Part shown: positions 55,001 to 64,000 of the stretch, piece after piece | How positions within the stretch are numbered: the stretch's first letter is position 1 | How the letters are laid out: every line of letters begins with the position of its first letter | Assembly (NCBI GenBank): GCA_964016885.1 | Contig: OZ024742.1 | Location: forward strand, 177,320,001-177,384,000 | Direction of reading: 5' to 3' | DNA length: 64,000 nucleotides | From: Eledone cirrhosa | Taxonomy: Eukaryota | The notes under the pieces: generated by a model | Told to the model about the DNA's origin: nothing | What the model saw: the letters and a program-made list of their open reading frames with translations, nothing else | The model's database searches: none | Made by a program: the position numbers and the translations under genes

Positions 55001-58000
55001 AGTATTTTGTAGGGAAATAGATAGGTCTAGCATAGGCTGTCCACAATTCAAGATAGTCAGCTACACGGACCACAAATTCGTGATCTGTGTGCTTGACCTA
55101 GATAGGATTCATAGACGAGGACCCGGCTACTGGAAGCTAAACGCGTCCTTACCAGCGCGCAAGGCCTATAGAGACCGGATTAGCGAACTAGTTAAGCGGG
55201 GGTTGACGGGGGCCATCGTCAACAACAAGTGGTTTAGTAGGTTTAGTAAGGCTTTAGCAATAGAGAAAAATAGAGCAGAGCGAGAACTAGTTAGAAAATT
55301 AGACGAGGCGCTTAGCAAAGGCATCGCGACCGACGTGCTTGCGGCGAAATTGGCCCTTGACAAATTCTTTAATGCAAAGAACGAAGGCTGCGTTGTCAGA
55401 GCTAGGGTTCGTGCTCTCAGACACGAGGGGATGAAAGCCGGTCAATGGGCCCGAGTGGCGGAGGTGCGTCGTGGCAACAAGCCACGATCCGGTCTTTGGT
55501 AGACCACAACGGGCACATGCTACTCGATCCCGGGCAAATGTGTGAAGCTTTACATCGACACTTCGCTCAGCTGTTCGGGGGCAGCGGTGGGCCGGGTCGA
55601 GGGATGGACTTTAGTGTCTACCTCGACGGACTGCCGCGGCTCTCGGCCACTGAGGCGGAGTGTTGCGAAAAGCCGATAACAGCCGCTGAAGTACATGACG
55701 GAATGACTGGCTGCACAAGGGGTAAATCGCCTGGTTTGGATGGTCTGCCCTATGAACTTTACCTACAGATGCCAGACTTGATCGGAGGCCTCTTGGCGGA
55801 CGTCTACTGCAAATGGCAACAGAACGCGAGAATTCCCAGCTCTGTTAGCCTAGGAGCGGTGGCACTGCTGAGAAAGGATCCGAACAAGGGGATAACATAG
55901 ATAATTTCAGGCCCATAACTCTGCTAAACACAGAGTTCAAGATTTTGGACAAGGTGCTAGCAAAGAGGTTGGCTCTTGTCATTGGTGGTCTGGTGGGAGA
56001 GGCGCAGACATGCGCCATTCCCGACAGATCCATCCACGACAAACTCCACCTCATGCGATACATCGTAGAAAGGGTAGCTAGGGAACCTGGCATGGGTGGG
56101 TCCTTGATAAATTTAGATCAGTCGAAAGCTTTCGATAGGGTCGACCATCGTTACCTAGCGGCATTCCTGAGGGCGGCTGGCTTTGCGCCCGTCTTCAGAC
56201 GCTGGATCGCTGCCATGCACAGCGACATCTGCTCTGTGGTGAGAGTAAACGGTCACCTTTCGGAACCGTTCAACATCATGCGCTCGGTCCGCCAAGGATG
56301 TCCCCTCTCGTCCCTCTTGTACGTATTGACTCTGGAGCCATTACTGCACAAACTGGAGACGTTGAAGGGCGTCCCGCGCGAACTAGGATGCGGAAGATCC
56401 GTGTCAGCATATGCGGACGATGTCACCGTAGTGGTGTCGAAGGCAAAACACATCGAGACGATCGGCACTACACTAAGAGAATACAAAGCAGTTTACAGGA
56501 GCAATGATCAACCAGTGAAAGTCAGTGGGCCTGCAGCTCGGCACCTGGAGAGGCAGGTCCATGCCGTCCAACAGCGTCGTCGGACGCTGGACGGGCGGAC
56601 CGGTTAAATAACTAGGGGTCTGGTTCGATCCGGACCTCCAGACGGATAAAAACTGGGACGAGATGACGAGCAGATTGGCTTCTCTCACCCAGAAATGGGC
56701 GGAGAGGAAGCTATCTCTGAAAGGTCGAGCGAAGGTGGCTAATGCGTACATCGCGTCTGTCATTTGCTACCGCCTGACCGTCGTACCTTGTCCTAAGCCC
56801 CACCTGACTGTGCTGGAATGTTTGCTCTTTCGCTTTTTGTGGAAGGGACGCGCTCCGATTGTCAGGCGGTCCATCTGTTGTCAACACCCGCTACGTGGAG
56901 GGCTGGGCATGCCGTGGCTGATAATGCGCAGACACGCGCTTAGGCTACGACATTTCCACCTCTTCTTCGACGGTGATCAGGTGTGGTCGCTGTTAGCTAG
57001 ACACGTATTTCCCCAGCTCGTCTCCTTGACGGAGCTGCAGTCCTGGTCAAGCGAAGACCGAGAGGGAGCGCCTGGAGACTGGAATGTCTTCAGGCGCTCA
57101 CAGTCCTCGACCAATCGGGCAATGTGATCAGTTGAAACTCCATCTCGGCGTTCTATAGAGGATTAGTGGAGGGGAAGAGCGACGACGTACTTGGGGAAAC
57201 TCTAGGCGTCGACGAAAATCAACTAGCCAATCTCTTCGGAAGAACTTTCGGGCCGGGACCTATGGACAACTTCCAGAAATCTCTGGCCTGGCAGTGCTAC
57301 CGAGGAGCCTTGCCAGTTCGGGATAACCTCTACAGGCATGGAGGTGCCGTCAGCTGGGCATGTCCGAGATGCGCGCAGGGCGACGAAACCGTCCTGCACG
57401 CACTCGTCCAGTGTCTGGAAATTGCTGACTTGTGGATTTATGTCGAACACCAGCTGTCGCGTGTAGGACGGATCCGGCTATCATCTGAGTCCATCGTGAG
57501 GATTGCCCCGTCCTCTTCCTTTAGCCGGGAAGGGCAGGCAGTTTTTATCTGTCTGGTGGCCATGGCGAAAGAGATAGTATGGTGGACACGTTTGAAAGGG
57601 CTGAAGACGAGCTCTTACCTCTTCGGTGATGCCCTGATTGACTTTACCAAATTTCATTTGAAAAGGAAAATCAGAGTAGAGAGGGAAGTGCTCTCTTCCC
57701 AGCATTTTGTTGAAAGATGGGTGAGAGAAGCAAGTATGGCCCGAGTGAATGAGCCTACTCTGAGTACGTATATGTAAATTAAAGGTGGAAAACTTGGAGA
57801 GGGCACTTGCCTTGGTGGTCAGGGTCACTGTGACCTTTTACTGGGCTTTCTTCACAAATGTCCTTCCGAAGTCTCCCCCTATTGGGGAATTTTTCATTGT
57901 TATTTTTTTGTTACATCCTCTGTTGTTTTTTTTACACGGAGAAATGCCCGTTAGTACCGTCCTGTATTGTCCTCTACTGTCCTTAATGTCTACTTTATGT

Positions 58001-58022
58001 AAACCCTTGTGGTTAATAAAAC
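52014..58022 (+). mobile_element. Full-length Tx1-clade LINE, copy 4 (disabled)
   Basis: ORF1 52229-54357 (CFRCGSKTHLRAFC, frameshifted), ORF2 54393-57777 (GDWN, YTDH, YADD, CPRC), AATAAA, (ATT)n on both sides. Confidence 0.93.
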
Positions 58023-58023
58023 A

Positions 58024-58064
<41 letters not shown>

Positions 58065-58066
<2 letters not shown>

Positions 58067-58527
58067 GGGCGGTGGATTGGCAGAATCAGTAGAGCGTCCG
58101 ACACCATGCCTTGCAGCATAGAGTTATGGCCCTCTATAGTCTGAGTTCAAATCGCGCCGAGGTTAACTTTGCCTTTCATCCTTACGGAGTCGATGAAATA
58201 AAGTACCAGTAATGCACTAGGGTCGATTTAATCGATTTTCCCCTCCCTTACAATTGTTGGCCTTTTACCTAAATCAGAAACCATTATTATTATTATTATT
58301 AAGGGCAGTGGTTTGGCTGTATCGGTAGAGCGTCAGACACCATACGTTGCTGCATAGAGTTACTGCACTTTAGGGTCTGAGTTTAAATTCTAAAGGATAG
58401 CTCTGTTTTTCATCCTTACGAGGTCGATAAAATAAAGTACCAGTAATGCATTGAAGTCAATTTAATCGACTTTTCCCTGCCCCAATATTGCTGGCGGTGC
58501 GCCTAAATCAGAAAACATTATTATTAT
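58065..58527 (+). mobile_element. Two tandem tRNA-derived SINEs (58065-58300, 58301-58527), longer subfamily
   Basis: Each starts AAGGGC(G/A)GTGG, has a B-box (degenerate in the second) and a TCATCCTTACG..GTCGAT core, and ends AAATCAGAAA..(ATT)n. Confidence 0.88.
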
Positions 58528-59341
58528 TTTTGTTGTGGTCTCTGTTGTTGTTGTTGATGGCATTATTATTGCTGTTATTTTTGTTGCGAGTGGTGACGAT
58601 ATTGCGGTGCAGTTGCTATTGCTGTTTAATTTCCCGTGAGTTCTAAGGCAAGCAAATTCTGGTCAAATGAATTACAACAATGATATACTTGGAGATTTAG
58701 TAGCTATATTGGACTACATTATCGAATGTTCTAATATGGGTGCCTGTGCAGGAGTTGAGGGAAACTTGGCTGTCAATTCTAGCAAAAAGTAGGACAACGT
58801 CAAAACACCTTCATTTTTTTTCATAATTAACGTTAATTATTAAGAGGGATAAATTAGATGTTGCGAAAGAGAAACTATTTTGCGGTATTTATTTACTACC
58901 CTTCACATTCTGGGTTTAAATACCCGTAAGGTCAACTTCGCATTTTAACCTTTCTGTTATGCAATTGGTGGTGTCTGGTGCTTGGGATAGGAACAGGAAA
59001 TCATCACAGTGGAATGCAATTTGTCATTGTTGTTTTTAATCAAGTCTAGTCTAGAGCTAAATATTATCAACATCAATAACATTAACAACAGTGTTTTCCC
59101 CTCTATCTCGTGAATACTATATCTAATAGTGTGTTAGCTAAGAATATATGACTAGAGATACACATTTAAAACTAATAGCTATAGGTGAATAGCAATAGAA
59201 ACCAGTTATAAGATTAAATTAAGTCATTTAAATGTTTCTGAAGCACCTAGCGGCGTTAGTAGGTATTTATTTCAAAGAAACAATCATTATATACAAGTTC
59301 AAAAAGAAAATATATTAAATATATATATACATGTGTTTGCG

Positions 59342-59373
<32 letters not shown>

Positions 59374-59499
59374 TGTGTGTGTTTGTGTGTGTGTATATGT
59401 GTGTGTGCGTTTGTCTGTGTTTATATATACATATATATATATATATATAGATAGATAGATACATATATATATATGTGTGTGTATGTATATATATATTTA

Positions 59500-59549
<50 letters not shown>

Positions 59550-60055
59550 GGGGGTGGGAGTGTATGCGTGTGTGTATTTGTGAAAAGTTCATCTGAGTGA
59601 ATGTGTGTTTATATAAATATGTGCGGGGGGTTTGTTTCAATATTTAAATACTTTGTTAATCTGTCCCGTTGATCAAAGACAGAGTTTTTAATATGAAGTT
59701 AAGAATATCATTAAAATACCAATATCAATATATTGATGATCGAATTCACTAAATCAATGCTAATAAATAAGCTTTCATCTTTTATTATACTGAACTTATA
59801 AAACATACGTATGTTTCTTGAACATATATCCATGCACTAATATAACATTCATACACACAAACACACTCATATTCCCGATGATATACACGCATTTGTATTT
59901 GTTTTGTATCTCTCTCTCTCTCTATACATATATATATATATTAGTGTGTGTGTGTGTGAGTGTGTGGGTGTGTTGGGGGGGGGGCGTATTTTGTGTATGT
60001 GTAGGTATGCATGCCTACACGCACATATAAGTATATATGCTTTATATATTTATGC

Positions 60056-60109
<54 letters not shown>

Positions 60110-60247
60110 TAAAATTACAGATTATATATATATATATATGTGTGTGTGTGCGTGTGTGTGAGTGTGTGTGTATATATATATATATATTAACATATATGAA
60201 TAGTTATATATATATATGCATATATGAATAGATATAGATATATATAT

Positions 60248-60297
<50 letters not shown>

Positions 60298-60334
60298 ATA
60301 CATATATTATATATATATTATATATAGAAATATA

Positions 60335-60370
<36 letters not shown>

Positions 60371-60659
60371 CATTCGAGTGTCTTTACGTAAGACCATCGT
60401 TGATTCTTTTGATTTTAAATGTGTGCGTCACGATATCTAATAATGGGATCAGGTATTCTTTGTTTTGTTTTTATTTTGTTTTTCTTGGAAACATCAAATT
60501 TAAAAGATGAGAGCACACCTCATAATCGAGAGATCATAAATATAACCTATGTGCGTTGCATCAGGTTCCATGTAACTGAAGAGATAATAACTTCGATTTT
60601 AACACGTCTACATACATGGAGAGAGAGGGGGGATACATATATATACACTTATATATATT

Positions 60660-60699
<40 letters not shown>

Positions 60700-60700
<1 letters not shown>

Positions 60701-60881
60701 GTTATTCCGGGTTGAATCGGAGGTAACCACAGTAAGTAAGGTACTCAATACATTGCAGAGTATAAAAGTTTTAGTATAGATGAGATTCTACAGGACTAGA
60801 ACTGTTTCATTCTTTAGAAATCATCAGGAATCTGATGATTTCTAACGAATGAAACAGTTCTAGTCCTGTAGAATCTCATCT
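60700..60881 (-). mobile_element. Small PLE-type insertion with a 104-bp fold-back palindrome (60778-60881)
   Basis: 50-bp arms with a GAAT spacer and one mismatch. 78-nt unique tail containing GTACTCAATA; (TA)n flanks. Confidence 0.78.
60783..60833 (-). ncRNA. Complete type I hammerhead ribozyme
   Basis: AGAUUC-CUGAUGA-U-UUC(UAAA)GAA-U-GAA-ACAG(UUCUAGUC)CUGU-A-GAAUCU: perfect 6-bp stem I, 4-bp stem III, GUA triplet. Confidence 0.88.
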
Positions 60882-60924
60882 CTATATATATATATATATA
60901 TTTATTAAAATATGTATGTGTATA

Positions 60925-60956
<32 letters not shown>

Positions 60957-62489
60957 CATATATACATATATATATTTATGCATGCATACATACACATGTG
61001 TATGTATGTATATATATGTATGTATATATGTATATGTATGTATATATTTATGTATATTGTTATACTTTGGGAGGGTCATGTTGCCAATAAGAAATACACG
61101 CACCAGTTGCTTTCACGTCAATTTATTATAATAAATTTATAAATTTAGGAATTTATAAATTTCAGGTTGGTTGCTTGTTTCCACAACCAGATGATTGTTT
61201 ATATATTGTCAAAGTTCTTTCGTCACACATTCTGTGACCTCTTCAGTGACTGGGGATTCTTTTCTTTGTTTTTTGTGCCTCTCCTTTGTTCTTTCCTACG
61301 CTATCTTGTGTTTGTGTGTGTTGTGTGCTTAGTTCGCGCATGTGTTACATCCAGGTGTCTGTGTATGTTTATATTTGTTTATTTATTCGTTTATTTACAT
61401 GTTACTGGTTGGTTGTTTGTTCTATGTGCGTGTGTTTTCATTTTGTCCTTAATTGTAAGTTGTGATGTTGCTGTTCCATTCATGTTTTCTATTTAATTTT
61501 GGTTGGAGTTCATTTATGTTTATTGCCTATGTGATTTGTCTAAACATTGCGTCTTTGTTTAGGCAAATGTTTAGACAAATCACAGAGGCAATAAACCTAA
61601 ATGAACTCCAAATGAACTGCATCATCCATTCCGATAGCCTACGTAAAACCACGCCGCACTGCATCCTGGTTTCTTTGTGCCGAAAGCAGCCCTTCAGGTG
61701 CATATAGACTACTCTAATACCTCTTCTCTCCCTCTCTTTCTTTTCTTCCTCTCTTCCCTGGTTCATCTTATTGGACCACAGGCCAAGAACCCTGGGGTAG
61801 AACCTACTTAAGGCTTTTCACTATACCTAGCACAGCTTGACCCTATATAGGCACATACACACACTAACCATGTTAGTATGGTTTATAAACACACCCATTG
61901 TGCGCTAACTGATAGCACAGCACAATAGTCTCTCGAAAGCCCAGAAAACACCGCCGCAGCTATAAAGCGGGTGAATTGGCACCGGGGTCTAGTTAATCTT
62001 AACCCTAAAGTGTGAAATCGATCTCCCTAGTATAGTGAACTATGGTAGCAAATCGTGTGGGCTGGGCGCCGCTGAATCGACCTAGCCCCAGTGGCAAGGG
62101 GAGGTTGACGGCCGAGGGCTTCGAATCAAACAAAAGACTCGCCCCTAGCATCCCGTTGGATATCTAATGAATCCTTCCTTTAAGACGTGAATTGCCTCCC
62201 ATACCTATCATACGTACACTACGACTTCCTGTGTTTATATTCAGACTACCGTTATGTGTTACTAGCGAGAGACTAATCATTGAAAGTTGGAGTTTGTTGA
62301 ATATGAATTGTGATCCAGCTTTGATGAATTATAGAACCACATTCAAGGCAAAATGCAGCACTGGATATTGAAATCCGGCCGACCCAGGAGGGGTCACACC
62401 CGACTGTGAATGGATTGCAACCTCTGAAGTCAATAATCTAAACGAAAACCACGTGGCGGAAATATAAATAACATAGTTGTCATCGACAG

Positions 62490-63800
62490 GTCTGATTGTG
62501 AGTTCTCTCTTCTATATATATCTATATATTCTACAGAAATTTGCACTCACTATAATAAACCTGCCTATTATTATAACAATATATGTTCATTCTGTCATAT
62601 GTGATTCTGGAAGATGAGTTTCCTGTATACACTTTCTCTCTATGTAACGGGATAGCCATCACGATTTGTATTTACTGTAGTACAGTTGTATGCGGTGCGA
62701 TCCATTGGTTGAACGCCAGCTTGGACATTTAGTGAATTTCACCTGGCACGTTGGATTGAGCGACCGAACGTGAGGATTTTGAGGAATGCCAGTTTCTGCG
62801 TACCTGGCGTGTTTTCAATTTCCTCACATCTGTGCCGGCTTTATATGGACCATACATTTCTTTATCTCGTCGTACTTTCTTTTATTATTTTTTATTTCAG
62901 ATTTTAGGTGTATATCCCAGACCGCCTATGGTGATAAATCCCCTGGGTATAGGCTTTGGAAAAATAGCGTTATCTCACTTAACGTTCGAAACTGGAACAT
63001 ATCGATGTGGTTTGTAGTGTGTGGATATGATAAGGAGATTAGACCTGTTACAAGGCGATATAATTGGAGTACACCATCCCTCATATGGACTATCATACAT
63101 GTAAGGCTGCACCACTGCTAACCAACTATTCTTTTCACAGACTCATGCTTGCAAACTCTGTTGATCTGCCCGTACACCCTCTTTTTGCACGGGTTGTGCT
63201 TTGATGCATCTATGCTTTGCTTTGTCTCATATTTTGGGAGGTTTCCGGGCTTTTTGTTCCTTTATTGTTTTGTATTTTTATATTTATCTCTTTTATTATC
63301 CCTGTATTTTTGTAGATTTTTATTATTTTTTTTTAATTATTTTCTTATTGTTTCTGATCATGCTGAGTTATACCCTCACTTATCCCTTGCTACCCTCTCC
63401 CAACCTCTTTATCATCTATTGCACCATTTAAGTGATACATTTTTGGTGTAATTTTTAATTTTTAATTTTTATATTTTTAAGACATTTTATGACATTATGT
63501 GCATCATGTATTCTGTCTTTTTCCACATAGCGCTGGCCTCTGGACCCCTCTGCTGGTCCTTTACTACCCTTTTTCTGGTGCCGCAGCACGACGGAGTATG
63601 CAACTACTGATATACTCGTGTTTATAGGCTCTGATGATTCCTTCCATGGTGTATGGATGAAACACTGTTAGCTAATAAAACAATGTATTTCTAAGCTCTC
63701 TTTGATTATTCCTAAAATTATAACGGCTCTGTATTATACTAGTTATCCTACATTGAGCTAAAACCACACTGTCATACCAAGGGCAATATATCTGCATGTC
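62490..63800 (+). mobile_element. Possible highly degenerate Penelope-like element 3' region
   Basis: Weak relics LLYISI..THYNKP, YVHS, TIC and GTYRCG in PLE order, then a pyrimidine-rich UTR, an HHR and AATAAA. Confidence 0.4.
63627..63673 (+). ncRNA. Minimal type I hammerhead ribozyme
   Basis: GGCU-CUGAUGA-U-UCC..(UCCAU/AUGGA)..GGA-U-GAA-ACA(C)UGU-U-AGCU, directly followed by AAUAAA. Confidence 0.75.
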
Positions 63801-63918
63801 TGGGCATAGTGATATATTTGTCAATGAAATTTTAAATATATATATTTATATATACATAAATATATAAAATATATATACTTATATGTGTGCGTATGCATGC
63901 TACATACACATGTATATG

Positions 63919-63954
<36 letters not shown>

Positions 63955-64000
63955 AATATTTCGTTTCTGAATTTGTTTAGCAAGATTCTTTATCTGAAAA

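Overview
AT-rich animal DNA with no recognisable host protein-coding gene. Very long (TA)n/(CA)n arrays and the SINE/LINE content suggest a cephalopod (octopus-like) genome, which is inference only. The window holds three kinds of repeat. (1) A ~26 kb nest (32.6-58.5 kb) of non-LTR retrotransposons at (ATT)n tracts: four Tx1/L1-clade copies, two R4/Dong-type RLE copies and tRNA-derived SINEs. (2) RTE-like fragments. (3) Penelope-like element (PLE) material inserted in (TA)n/(CA)n, including a GIY-YIG fragment with an inverted pLTR. The most striking unexplained structure is about ten type I hammerhead ribozyme (HHR) motifs from sequence-unrelated small elements. Six have a pyrimidine-pyrimidine mismatch at 10.1-11.1, and three sit at the apex of 104-149 bp fold-back palindromes. 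Also notable: the Tx1 ORF1 stop overlaps a GTAAGT splice donor whose use would fuse ORF1 in frame to ORF2, and two Tx1 copies share ORF2 but carry different 5'UTR/ORF1 modules. All folds and alignments were done by eye; nothing was computed or searched.
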